From Thermoplasmatota archaeon (lineage in GTDB: Archaea; Thermoplasmatota; Poseidoniia; Poseidoniales; Thalassarchaeaceae): a stretch of DNA of 53,306 nucleotides. The notes under the pieces are model-generated. The model saw nothing but the letters and a program-made list of their open reading frames with translations, ran no database searches and had not been told where the DNA came from. A program made the position numbers and the translations under genes. The stretch is from contig JAZADD010000012.1 in NCBI GenBank assembly GCA_036124005.1, positions 1 through 53,306 on the forward strand, read 5' to 3'. Of the stretch, positions 8,694 through 18,120 are shown in pieces. Numbering within the stretch: position 1 is the stretch's first letter; each line of letters opens with the position of its first letter.

Positions 8694-11561
8694 TTATTCT
8701 TCGATTAAGACCACGATTGGGATGGCTATACTTGCTTGCATAGATTGTCTAATCCTGTCGATTTCCTCGATACGTTCGTTCAATTGTTCATGTAGTCTGT
8801 TGATTATGCCTCGTTTCATTCGTAACCACCGTATATCGACGATTTCATCTCTAATTGTAGCATTCCACTCAGCCTTCTGGATTTGTACTTCTTCAGCTTC
8901 TATTCTTGATTTCCATGCTGCATTGGTGTTAATTGTCAACTCATTCAACAATGGAGCTAATCGATTTCTTTCATGGAATAGTAGTTCTCCATGGAGGCGA
9001 GTCCGGGCTTCTTCTAAGTGTTGAATTAGGGAACGTTCTCCCTTGATTACTTTAGGTATTTCATCAGTATCCATCCATGGATTATGGTCGAGTGTAATAA
9101 TCGGATTAAACTCAGCATCTAGAGCAAGCCAGCGACGAATCCGATGATCATTCAGTCCATGGACCCGCCACTCAATTGCTATGACATATGCTGTTTCGAT
9201 AGGTAGTAAGTCAGTAGATTTCATACTAAGTATTTCAGAAATAACAACGTCTTCACCAAATTCTCTGATTGGTCCTTCGACAGAGATGCGCATCAGAGGA
9301 TGCCAAGGATTCACAAATTCGAGATCTGTTCGTTTACGAGCGATATCTTGACTGTATGTAATTTCAAGCCATTGTGGCCCAGCGCGTTGACTAAGTCGGG
9401 CAACGAGTTCCTTCCAAATTGTCGATCCATATTCGGATGAATCCAATTTCTCTAAGCATTCGTCGGACAGACGAATCATCCAGACGTCATCAGTTGTTTC
9501 ATAGTGTTCGCCTCCATTCGTAATCACCCACCTTTCGACCTGTCGTCGTACATCCTCTGGTTCAACATCCACTCTATGAGTTTCCATCGCGGAGCGCACA
9601 CGTCGTACCCCTGGATCGGCTCCAATGATTTCTCGTTCTTTGAGTGCAGATTCTGTAATCCATCGGTTACGTTCCCGAAGTATTTCTTCAACATCTTCGT
9701 CGTTTTCAATCTCAAGGTAATGGTCAAGATCCATGAATTTGAAACCCGGTTCAACATCTTCTCGGATAGCATTCTGTGCAATTTCGTTTTGAGCGAGGAC
9801 ACGAACAGCTCGACCTAGCATTGGATCTACCATTCCAAGAGATGTTTCGAAAATTTGTATACGAAAGAGTAAGCGTCCAAGGATTGCAGCATCGATTGTA
9901 CCTTGAACACACATATTTGCGATGTTAATCACGGGACTTCTTTGCCCATAACGATCCAATCTACCAATCCGTTGTTCCAATTTCATTGGATTCCAAGGAA
10001 GATCGTAGTTAACGAGTCTGTGGCAGTGTTGTTGGTCAAGTCCCTCGGTGCCAACTTCGCTGCTTAGTAGTACATCCATTTCACCCTGAGCGAATCGTTC
10101 GCGAATCTCATCTCGCTTTGCAAGTGGTGTTTTTCCTGTTAGTAACTCCGCTCTGAGGCCATCATCGTTCAACTTTTTCAGAAGGTGTTCAAGAGTACCA
10201 TGGAACTGAGAGAACAACAGGACTCCTCCATCGCCACCATCTGCCATCTCCTGTTGGAGCCAGCCGATTAGTGCCTCATACTTCGTATCTCGATGTCCAA
10301 GTGTTTCTGCAGCCCGTACCAATTCTTGATGTTCAGGTAAACACCTCCATGCATCGATTATTCGAGCATCCGCCTCTTCATCGTCGGGAGGATTTTCTAA
10401 TGCCTCCTCTATTTTACCAAGGACATGAGATGCATAGGCAGGTAAACACGATGATGCCATCCTCTCAGGCATAATTGATGCCCAATCAAAACTACCATCT
10501 GGATCTTTCAAACGCTGTAGGCGATACGACCAGGCTCGAGCCGCCTTGTACAGTGTCCATTCCTCCTCTGTTAGATTCACATGAAGTATGACAGGGACTC
10601 GTTGAGCGAGATTCATATCGAGATCCTTACGTCTTGTTCGAACGAGCATATCATTCAGAGGCAACATTTCTCTCAACAAGTCTACAAGTTCGCGCTGTGA
10701 TTCCGATGAGAGATGTTCACCTTCAGTTGCTAGAGTTCGGACATCTCTCAATCGGGGGTCGCCCTGCATTGCGACGTAATTGCTTAGTCGAACAATCTCA
10801 TTTCTGAGACGATTACCTTGAATCGGCTTTGTACACGCGGCATCGATAGCACTGTGTATTGTTGCAGTAGGGGCCATTGTAGATCGAAAGGAATGGATAT
10901 CAGGCCATCGATCTGGGGCGATGAGAGAGAGTAGAACAAAGAGATCCTCATTATCGAGATTAACCGGTGTTGCCGTTAGAAGCATCTTCCAGCGTGATGA
11001 GAGGAAGAGCATCTGGATTGCATCATGTAGTCTTGATTTTGGATTTCTAACATGGTGGGCTTCATCTACAATGGTCATTAGGAGATTCATCCTTTGTCCT
11101 ACCATCGCATCAAGAGTCTCGGCTCGTCGGAGAACTCCGTGACTAACAATTACCACGTTGTTAGAACCATTTTGCAGAGCATCTATTTCTTCAAGAAATG
11201 CGGCGCAGGTCGAAGGTGTCTTTGCCTCAAGATCAACTCGATGAGCGAGTTCATTTTTCCATTTTGATCGTAAGCTTCCTGGACAGGCAATGAGAATACC
11301 GCCTTTTTCACCTCTAGCATGAAGCTCACGAATCGAGATCATTGCCGAAATTGTCTTTCCGAGACCTACTTCATCAGCGACTAGAATCCCTCTCCAAGGT
11401 CCTGCGAACATACGAGCGACTGGTAGATGTTGATGAGGCTGATCTTCCCATCGGCCAAAATGGAGAGTCATGTTTTGATCCGAAGCTGGCTGTCTAATTT
11501 TGAGATCTGATTCGATAGCCGACCAGGTCCTTTGTTCAGACAATGGATTTTGCAATGTCAT
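8694..11561 (-). CDS. SNF2/RapA-like SF2 helicase
   Basis: ADEVGLGKT, VDEAHH, LTATP, EGLD, YDLPWNP, QRIGRLDRYGQ; C-terminal coiled coil. Confidence 0.92.
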   Translation of the reverse strand: MTLQNPLSEQRTWSAIESDLKIRQPASDQNMTLHFGRWEDQPHQHLPVARMFAGPWRGILVADEVGLGKTISAMISIRELHARGEKGGILIACPGSLRSKWKNELAHRVDLEAKTPSTCAAFLEEIDALQNGSNNVVIVSHGVLRRAETLDAMVGQRMNLLMTIVDEAHHVRNPKSRLHDAIQMLFLSSRWKMLLTATPVNLDNEDLFVLLSLIAPDRWPDIHSFRSTMAPTATIHSAIDAACTKPIQGNRLRNEIVRLSNYVAMQGDPRLRDVRTLATEGEHLSSESQRELVDLLREMLPLNDMLVRTRRKDLDMNLAQRVPVILHVNLTEEEWTLYKAARAWSYRLQRLKDPDGSFDWASIMPERMASSCLPAYASHVLGKIEEALENPPDDEEADARIIDAWRCLPEHQELVRAAETLGHRDTKYEALIGWLQQEMADGGDGGVLLFSQFHGTLEHLLKKLNDDGLRAELLTGKTPLAKRDEIRERFAQGEMDVLLSSEVGTEGLDQQHCHRLVNYDLPWNPMKLEQRIGRLDRYGQRSPVINIANMCVQGTIDAAILGRLLFRIQIFETSLGMVDPMLGRAVRVLAQNEIAQNAIREDVEPGFKFMDLDHYLEIENDEDVEEILRERNRWITESALKEREIIGADPGVRRVRSAMETHRVDVEPEDVRRQVERWVITNGGEHYETTDDVWMIRLSDECLEKLDSSEYGSTIWKELVARLSQRAGPQWLEITYSQDIARKRTDLEFVNPWHPLMRISVEGPIREFGEDVVISEILSMKSTDLLPIETAYVIAIEWRVHGLNDHRIRRWLALDAEFNPIITLDHNPWMDTDEIPKVIKGERSLIQHLEEARTRLHGELLFHERNRLAPLLNELTINTNAAWKSRIEAEEVQIQKAEWNATIRDEIVDIRWLRMKRGIINRLHEQLNERIEEIDRIRQSMQASIAIPIVVLIEE

Positions 11562-11589
11562 GGAACGACCTCATAGGGCCGAGGACATA

Positions 11590-12054
11590 TCAAGTACCAT
11601 CTTTGAGATTCTTTGGCATTTGTATTCTTGAATCCTTCACTGTATTCAGAACCATATGTGTGTGGGAACGTTCGATGCCATCGATAGAGAGTACAGTTTT
11701 CGTCAAATCGTTGAGGTCTTCTCGATCTTGAGCGAGAGCGATTACCATAGAGTCGTAGTCTCCGGTGACGTCGTACACTGAGATGACTCTCGGGTCTTCT
11801 GCAATCCTCCCTTGAATTTCGAGTAATCGCCCTTTCTCGATTCGTATGCCCACTACGACAGTCATTCTCCATCCGACTTTCTCTGGATTGATGCGTGCGG
11901 TATAGCCGGTGATGACACCAAGGTCTTCCAATCGTTTTACACGGTTGCTGACAGTACCTTGCGACACCCCTATTGCTTCCGCGACGGTTCGATTGGAACG
12001 AGTCCCATCCTCGATTAACTGGGCAATGATTGCACGGTCGGTATCGTCGAGCAT
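11590..12054 (-). CDS. Lrp/AsnC family transcriptional regulator
   Basis: MLDDTDRAII, HTH, RVKRLEDLGVITGY and RAM domain VTGDYD. Confidence 0.95.
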   Translation of the reverse strand: MLDDTDRAIIAQLIEDGTRSNRTVAEAIGVSQGTVSNRVKRLEDLGVITGYTARINPEKVGWRMTVVVGIRIEKGRLLEIQGRIAEDPRVISVYDVTGDYDSMVIALAQDREDLNDLTKTVLSIDGIERSHTHMVLNTVKDSRIQMPKNLKDGT

Positions 12055-12129
12055 ACCACATCGCCTTCGGGGCAGTGCAGTTCGGTCCGCCGCTCTTGAA
12101 GTTTACAGCGAATGGCCCTATTCTAATTG

Positions 12130-13200
12130 CTACTCTTCCTCATTCGTATTAGTTCTCGAGAACCTAAGATCAAGCATCCAGCGGTCATACCCTTCAACTT
12201 CCATTCTGATTGTGCAGGGTTCATCATGTTCGATTGCCCGTAATTTCCGAATTTGAATTTCCACTTCCTCATTTGGTTCTAATCGAATCGGAAGATTTCG
12301 CCGTGCGACCATTCGCCATGATTTTCCACCTTCTATGCCATCAATTACGACGCTTGATTTGCCTGCTTGCACATGGATTCTGTGCTGGAGATTATCGCCA
12401 CTACCTATCATGATTGGACGGATTTTAGGCATTGATTGCTGACGTTGTTTTTCTCCTATGAATGCCGATCCTAGGGCAAGAATACCAATACCCATCAGGA
12501 GGCTTGCAGTCGCAGTACTCCTTGCACTACTATCAGCCACACGTGCATCGAGATGCCCAATTCCGGATGCATGAATCAAATGGTTTTCCATCGAAATTAG
12601 GTTGGTTACAATTCGTACTTCATCCCCTGGTTCGATGCCCCAATCCAACAATGTATTTGGTTGCACTACATGAGTCCAGACTTCATTTGCTCCTTCGCTG
12701 CGGTTGAAGGTCGAGGTCCATGCGTGGTAGGCGACCACATTCAGATCTTCAGGAGCCAGAGGATGGTTTGAAACAGGGGTAGATGGGCGCAGAATCAACC
12801 ATCGAATAATCACCTCGTCTTGAACCGTATCGTTGAGTTCCATTTGAGCTTCGATGACAATATCTCCTGTCTCCGCCCATCGGGCTTGGACTTGAATTTC
12901 TTTCCCAGATTGAATCTCTCCCTGTGAGGACATTCCATCGTATCGAACTTCACCAGTTGAGACATTTAGAGCAGTAGCTCGCTGTTCTGCTGCTAGGATA
13001 TTCAAAGAATCGTTTTCTTCGGGGTGCCATGAGATGAGGATGGCATCACCTGTTTGCACTTCTTCGAGGAGAGCCTCATCTACAATGTCATGAACAGTGC
13101 CTCCATCCGCTACGAACACCTCAATCAATGGGACTGCCTGTACCGTTGGTATCAGAAACAGAGTCAAGAATATACTCGATATGAAGCACCGCATTTTCAT
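12130..13200 (-). CDS. Hypothetical membrane-anchored protein
   Basis: Signal peptide MKMRCFISSIFLTLFL, one internal TM; ATG at 13200 overlaps the upstream stop (ATGA). Confidence 0.7.
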   Translation of the reverse strand: MKMRCFISSIFLTLFLIPTVQAVPLIEVFVADGGTVHDIVDEALLEEVQTGDAILISWHPEENDSLNILAAEQRATALNVSTGEVRYDGMSSQGEIQSGKEIQVQARWAETGDIVIEAQMELNDTVQDEVIIRWLILRPSTPVSNHPLAPEDLNVVAYHAWTSTFNRSEGANEVWTHVVQPNTLLDWGIEPGDEVRIVTNLISMENHLIHASGIGHLDARVADSSARSTATASLLMGIGILALGSAFIGEKQRQQSMPKIRPIMIGSGDNLQHRIHVQAGKSSVVIDGIEGGKSWRMVARRNLPIRLEPNEEVEIQIRKLRAIEHDEPCTIRMEVEGYDRWMLDLRFSRTNTNEEE

Positions 13201-14834
13201 TGAATCACATCCTTGAATCGATCCAATATGATGAGGGCTTCTGTATCCTTCCACATCCCTGTGACACGTTCGCCTACCCACACAGGCAATCTCCACTCAA
13301 TCCCATCCATTTCACATCTAAGTACATGCCCGCCTGAATCATATCCGTCTTCGTTTTCGGAGGGCCCCTCTTGTTTGAGTATTCGCAACAAGGTTTCGGG
13401 CGTCACCTCGTGGATTCTATGGCCGCCCATTCCAAGTGGGATACTATGCATCGCTTCAGAAGAAAGGCGAATGTTTCTTCCTCCGCGATTCTCCCAGCCT
13501 CGGATTCCCACATGGACGATGTTCAATGGAGACCATTGTTTTCCTAGATGTATTCTATCAGGTCGTGAATAGGTATTCATTTTCCATACTCGCTCCTCCA
13601 TTGCTTGACTAGCCCAGAGTATTCTTTTTCCCCGTTTCCAGATTGAAGCATTGGAGAAAATTGGTGCGTGATCTTTCTGGATGATATCAAGGATATTTTC
13701 ATCTACAGGGGACGGATGAAGCCCCTTTCGTTTTGGATTTGGAGGAATTTCACGAGCATCAGGTTGGATATCGAACGCAGCATCTGATTTTTTGCGTAAA
13801 ATTGCAAAGAAGAATCCACCTTGCCCCGTGTCTTGTTGAATTAATCGAACACATTTGTCAAGCGAATCCCTAATTCCAGAGTCATGTGGGGGGCCTCCTT
13901 GGCTGCTTGGATTAACCACCATATTGTCATCAAATACTTTCCATTCAGTCATTCCGGGACGATAAATTAGGCCAGGTGTTCGGGCTGGTTCGAATTGAAT
14001 AAGCGTGATATCATCCCTCTTTTCGAGAATACGTGCAATTACAGCTTCGTTTTCCACAGGATCAATTGAACACGTCGAGTAGACTACGGTACCACCTGGC
14101 CGGAGAACATCAATCGCTCGATTCAGCAGAGATACCTGCAATTTGTGTAATTCTAGACCAGCTGAGGGGCGCCATCTTCTCCAAACATCTGGATTCTTTC
14201 TAGTGGTTGCCGATCCGGTACAAGGAGCATCGACAAGCACAGCATCGTATCCTAGCCCGGTGCATCTAGGTACATGTCTACCGTCGTGTTGAATCACCAT
14301 CAGATTAGGACACGCAGATCGTTGAGCGTTTGCGACTAATGTGTTGGTACGCGAACGAGAAACGTCGTTAGCAATTACTCCCCCCATTCCAGCAAGTATC
14401 TCAGCGAGATGTGTGCTTTTTGAACCAGGTGATGCACACATGTCGAGAATAATATCTTCTGAATTTAGATCAAACATCATCGGTGGAAGCATTGAGACCG
14501 CTTCTTGTCTAGTGATACGACCCGTTTCATGTAAGGCATTGAACAAGGGCTTGATTTCCGCGGGGGTTTCACCTCGTTTCCATGGCATGACATAGGCATT
14601 AGGTACCCAACCGAGAGGCTCCCCTCCCATTTCTTCAATTCGTTTTCTAACCCAGACGTATTCCCTACGCAGAGGGTTTACTCGTAAGGTTTCATTCAAC
14701 CTAGGCAGAGCAGCCTCAAGCCAGGCCTCAGATTCCCCATGCCATGACTCCATAGCGACGAGCAGTAGACTTTCCTCGGCCTGCTGCCTCCATGGTCGTT
14801 GGTCGTCACCCACAACTACCCGTTCGGCAACCAT
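13197..14834 (-). CDS. RsmB/NOP2/NSUN family RNA (cytosine-C5) methyltransferase, NSUN2/Trm4-like
   Basis: DMCASPGSKS, DAPCTG and YSTCSIDPVENE motifs, with both catalytic cysteines present. Confidence 0.93.
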   Translation of the reverse strand: MVAERVVVGDDQRPWRQQAEESLLLVAMESWHGESEAWLEAALPRLNETLRVNPLRREYVWVRKRIEEMGGEPLGWVPNAYVMPWKRGETPAEIKPLFNALHETGRITRQEAVSMLPPMMFDLNSEDIILDMCASPGSKSTHLAEILAGMGGVIANDVSRSRTNTLVANAQRSACPNLMVIQHDGRHVPRCTGLGYDAVLVDAPCTGSATTRKNPDVWRRWRPSAGLELHKLQVSLLNRAIDVLRPGGTVVYSTCSIDPVENEAVIARILEKRDDITLIQFEPARTPGLIYRPGMTEWKVFDDNMVVNPSSQGGPPHDSGIRDSLDKCVRLIQQDTGQGGFFFAILRKKSDAAFDIQPDAREIPPNPKRKGLHPSPVDENILDIIQKDHAPIFSNASIWKRGKRILWASQAMEERVWKMNTYSRPDRIHLGKQWSPLNIVHVGIRGWENRGGRNIRLSSEAMHSIPLGMGGHRIHEVTPETLLRILKQEGPSENEDGYDSGGHVLRCEMDGIEWRLPVWVGERVTGMWKDTEALIILDRFKDVIQ

Positions 14835-14896
14835 CGAATGATTGTAACGACAGACTTCCGCACGGTTCAATGCCTTGTGTGTGAAGAGCCCCACTG

Positions 14897-15961
14897 ATGG
14901 GCATCGAAGACCTACTTCTCATCCAAGTCCTCATTTTGCCTCTGATTTGGCTTGGGCCAGCCATTGGTAGACGCTTTGGAATTGAAGCAGAACGTATCGA
15001 GCGACCACTTCTCTTTCTTCCAGTTGTTTTACTTGGCTCTGCTATTCTTCTTGCCGTAAATGGTCATCGAGGCATCCCCACTCATAATCATGCGAATTTA
15101 TGGGGTGTGTCCGACTCTATGCTCGCAGCAGTCCAACATTTTGCGGGAGGGCCTGAAGGTGGCATGTTGGTATGTGCATTTGTGGGATCGGTATGGATTC
15201 TGATTAGTAAAGAGAGACGTGGTACAGGTGCATGGATATTGATGACTGCTCACCTCCTACCTCTTATCGCAGTAGGTACATCATCCGGGGCCTTCACTCC
15301 CGTAGTATCTTCTAATTCAGTATCGTCTTTTGTGCCGAACCCATCGTTTATTTCATTGATAACGAATTCAGTGCAAGGATTCCTCATTGCTGAACTTCTG
15401 ATTAGGACTTCATCCTCGATGAATTGCAGAAGGGTACGTAAGTATGATGCATATCTAGGATTTTCAATTGCTCTCATGATTACATTACTATCCTTTAGGC
15501 CCGATCCAGTCTTGGAACTTGAGCCAGTAGTTCGAGCCCACCATCTAGTAGTCGTTCTCGTAATGTTCTTGGCCTCAGATATGTTAGGGGGTTTGGCTGA
15601 ATCTAACCGTCATTCTAGTGGAATGACTTGGCCATCTTTTGGCATCACGTTACTATCACTGGTTGGACCAGGTGTAGCTGTATTCATTGGGGGCGAGAAT
15701 AATCTCTCAGTTCTCTGGACGGTTGGCATAGTATCTGGCCTCGGAGCCTTAGGTTCACAATTACCTCGTATTGGGATGGATCTCAGGAATCGGTCGGCGC
15801 ATCGTGGAGCGTTATTTGGTGGTTTTTCTGGCGTTGTTCTTGTGATTCTTATATCAGAATCTAGCTTTACTATTCTATTGGGTAGCATTCCTCTCCTCTT
15901 AGTATCCATAACTTGGAATTCTCTAGATCAACGCCTTGGCTCCGAATTTTCTTTCTCTTAA
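14897..15961 (+). CDS. Multi-pass membrane protein of unknown function
   Basis: 354-aa ORF with many hydrophobic helices; promoter-like TTCAAT 31 nt upstream. Confidence 0.72.
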   Translation: MGIEDLLLIQVLILPLIWLGPAIGRRFGIEAERIERPLLFLPVVLLGSAILLAVNGHRGIPTHNHANLWGVSDSMLAAVQHFAGGPEGGMLVCAFVGSVWILISKERRGTGAWILMTAHLLPLIAVGTSSGAFTPVVSSNSVSSFVPNPSFISLITNSVQGFLIAELLIRTSSSMNCRRVRKYDAYLGFSIALMITLLSFRPDPVLELEPVVRAHHLVVVLVMFLASDMLGGLAESNRHSSGMTWPSFGITLLSLVGPGVAVFIGGENNLSVLWTVGIVSGLGALGSQLPRIGMDLRNRSAHRGALFGGFSGVVLVILISESSFTILLGSIPLLLVSITWNSLDQRLGSEFSFS

Positions 15962-16046
15962 ATGGCACATCAATCGTTAATTTGCAATCATGATTAAATA
16001 TCTATTTTCATGATTCGGTGTATCGACCTGCAAAGGTCGGGATGGG

Positions 16047-16421
16047 ATGGAAATGCAAGAACAGATTAGCCGAAGGTCATCGAGATACGCTAAGGACGAA
16101 GGTCGATTGATTCGTACAAACACGAATGAGACGGTACGTAAATTACGTTCTTTGACCGATAGAGCCCGTCTATATGGTCGCGCAGAAGGTGCATTAGTGC
16201 CAGTCGAGGCTCTAGTAACCATAGAGACGGATCACTGGGTCTGGCAGACAGTCGACCGTTCTACACTTTCCAAACTCACTCATCGCTTAGTGCTACAAAT
16301 GAAAGATGGACGTCGCCGTGAACTCTTCATGACTCATACTCTTGATGCAGCGGTAGAATCCGCTTCTCGTATCGTTGAATTCCACGACGGAGTCGTTTTA
16401 GTTGAAGCTTTAGCTCCTTGA
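16047..16421 (+). CDS. Hypothetical protein
   Basis: 124-aa ORF filling the gap, co-oriented with both neighbours. Confidence 0.65.
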   Translation: MEMQEQISRRSSRYAKDEGRLIRTNTNETVRKLRSLTDRARLYGRAEGALVPVEALVTIETDHWVWQTVDRSTLSKLTHRLVLQMKDGRRRELFMTHTLDAAVESASRIVEFHDGVVLVEALAP

Positions 16422-16484
16422 TTGAGGCTAATTTGGTGGGCGTCACGGTCAAATATACCCCCTTGGTCGGGAGGAATGGTTCTC

Positions 16485-16673
16485 ATGGCGAAGAAGAAGG
16501 ATAACAGCGGCATCCAGCAAGCCGCTGGACTTATTCGATACTTCGATGAAGAGTCCGAAGATGCACTTCAGATTCCTAAGGGTGCGGTATATGCAGCATG
16601 CTTTGCACTTTCAATTGTTATCTATCTAGCAAACCACGGCGTCTGGCAGTGGATTTGGGAAAAGATTGGTTGA
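16485..16673 (+). CDS. secG: Preprotein translocase subunit Sec61beta (archaeal SecG)
   Basis: MAKKK...AGLIRYFDEE followed by a single C-terminal TM; GGAGG upstream. Confidence 0.9.
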   Translation: MAKKKDNSGIQQAAGLIRYFDEESEDALQIPKGAVYAACFALSIVIYLANHGVWQWIWEKIG

Positions 16674-17426
16674 TTATTCCTCACCGGTCAAATCGACATA
16701 GGGTATCTCTTCTTCATTCTCTTCGACTTTGTCAATATCTGATCTAGTATCCGGATCAGCAAGGATGAGATTTTTTTCAGCACGGGCCATTGCACGCATA
16801 GCGGAAGGAAGATTTCGTTCAAGTAGTGCTTTTCTCGCTCGTCCAATGTCGTCTCTTGCTTCTTCAAGATGGGTTTTACCAATAACATCACTTCTAGCCT
16901 GAAACTTTCGTGCTCGATCCTCAAGTAGATTGATTGCTTCCTCCATCGCTTCTTTACCTGAATCGGCTAACTCAGACCATTTTAATCGATTTTCTTGGAT
17001 TGATAGATTGGCACGTCGTCTGAAAGCCCAACCAAATGCCGCATTCCATGGGTTATGACCGAGGCTAGCCAAGACGTCCATAACGAGTTGACCAACTTCA
17101 CTACGTTCACCAACGATTTCGATTCGATTTAGATAACATCGAGCGAGTAGCGCAAATCCCCAGTATGATTCGCTGCGGATAATTATCTGTAAGCCACTAG
17201 AGGAAGCAGCCAAGGTCCATCGCTGTTCGTCGAATCCAGGTTGTTCAATGAATTCAGGTGGTGCATGTGGTCCGAGGGCGCTAAGAAATGAACTTGCTAC
17301 ATCACCGAGATACACGATCCCTCCGCCATCAGGCCAGTGTTTTGGACGAAGGAAACCTTCAGCGTCAATTCGCATTCTTGGAGAGCCACTTCGCACCTGA
17401 GCCCACAGGATGAAACGGTCGTCCAT
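16674..17426 (-). CDS. Hypothetical protein with C-terminal helical region
   Basis: 250-aa ORF whose stop abuts the secG stop. Confidence 0.7.
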   Translation of the reverse strand: MDDRFILWAQVRSGSPRMRIDAEGFLRPKHWPDGGGIVYLGDVASSFLSALGPHAPPEFIEQPGFDEQRWTLAASSSGLQIIIRSESYWGFALLARCYLNRIEIVGERSEVGQLVMDVLASLGHNPWNAAFGWAFRRRANLSIQENRLKWSELADSGKEAMEEAINLLEDRARKFQARSDVIGKTHLEEARDDIGRARKALLERNLPSAMRAMARAEKNLILADPDTRSDIDKVEENEEEIPYVDLTGEE

Positions 17427-17481
17427 GAAGATTGGATTTCACCCACCGGTCATCATTCATCCGGTCTAATGTAGCGTGATG

Positions 17482-17487
17482 TTCATA
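17482..17487 (+). promoter_or_regulatory. Putative degenerate TATA box (TTCATA) of a leaderless transcript
   Basis: Begins 30 nt before ATG 17512; the same motif and spacing occur at six other genes in the window. Confidence 0.5.
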
Positions 17488-17511
17488 CACGGCCGAGAAT
17501 CCAAACTATTC

Positions 17512-17883
17512 ATGGCGAAGCCAAGCAAGAAGGTGATTGAGGCATTGACAGCCATCCCTGGTGTTGGGGAAGCAACGGCGAAGAAGTTGGCCGGTGCTGG
17601 CATGAAGACTAAGGCAGATGTTGCAAAGGCAGGTCTCAAGGGTCTCAAGGCAGCGGGTATTAGTGCTGGAACAGCAACTAAGATTGCCAAAGCAGTCGCA
17701 TCTAGTGCAGTCACCAAGGCCAAGGAGAAGATGAGTAAGCCGAAGGCTGCACCAAAGGCACCATCTTCTAAGTCCACTATTAGTGATACTGAGAGCGGTG
17801 TCCGCGGCGATCAAATCGGCAAAAAATTGAGTGCGCCTAAGAGCGTTAAGGATATGATGAAGCGGATCCGACGCTCGGATTGA
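17512..17883 (+). CDS. Helix-hairpin-helix protein, Lys/Ala-rich
   Basis: LTAIPGVGEATAKKL plus a second HhH-like AGISAGTATKI; TTCATA 30 nt upstream of ATG 17512. Confidence 0.82.
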   Translation: MAKPSKKVIEALTAIPGVGEATAKKLAGAGMKTKADVAKAGLKGLKAAGISAGTATKIAKAVASSAVTKAKEKMSKPKAAPKAPSSKSTISDTESGVRGDQIGKKLSAPKSVKDMMKRIRRSD

Positions 17884-17922
17884 CCGCATTCACTATCGCC
17901 CCTCAACATTGGGAATTGAATT

Positions 17923-18120
17923 ATGCCGAGGCGTAAGTACGGGCGACTAACGAAGCCTCTTGAGATTCCTCCTAAGGACAACTGCTCCCGTTGCCGCTCT
18001 GGAAAGCACTGCCCCATCCCGGGTCATGCCGGCAATGATGTTCGAGCATCTAAGGACTGGACCGGTCCAGAGGATATTGACAAGCGTGAGAACAAGAAGC
18101 GACCAGGTAGGAAGCGATAA
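17923..18120 (+). CDS. Small basic Cys/His protein (putative zinc finger)
   Basis: 65 aa, CSRC-x4-HC-x4-H pattern, Arg/Lys-rich ends; stop abuts the xerA stop. Confidence 0.65.
   Translation: MPRRKYGRLTKPLEIPPKDNCSRCRSGKHCPIPGHAGNDVRASKDWTGPEDIDKRENKKRPGRKR

Noticed and set aside
8694-11561. DISARM/BREX-type defence system around the SNF2 helicase
   Set aside because: No methyltransferase, DUF1998, PLD or other cognate genes nearby.
11558-12061. 167-aa Arg-rich ORF overlapping the Lrp gene
   Set aside because: Alternative frame of a well-supported Lrp gene with no recognisable motif.
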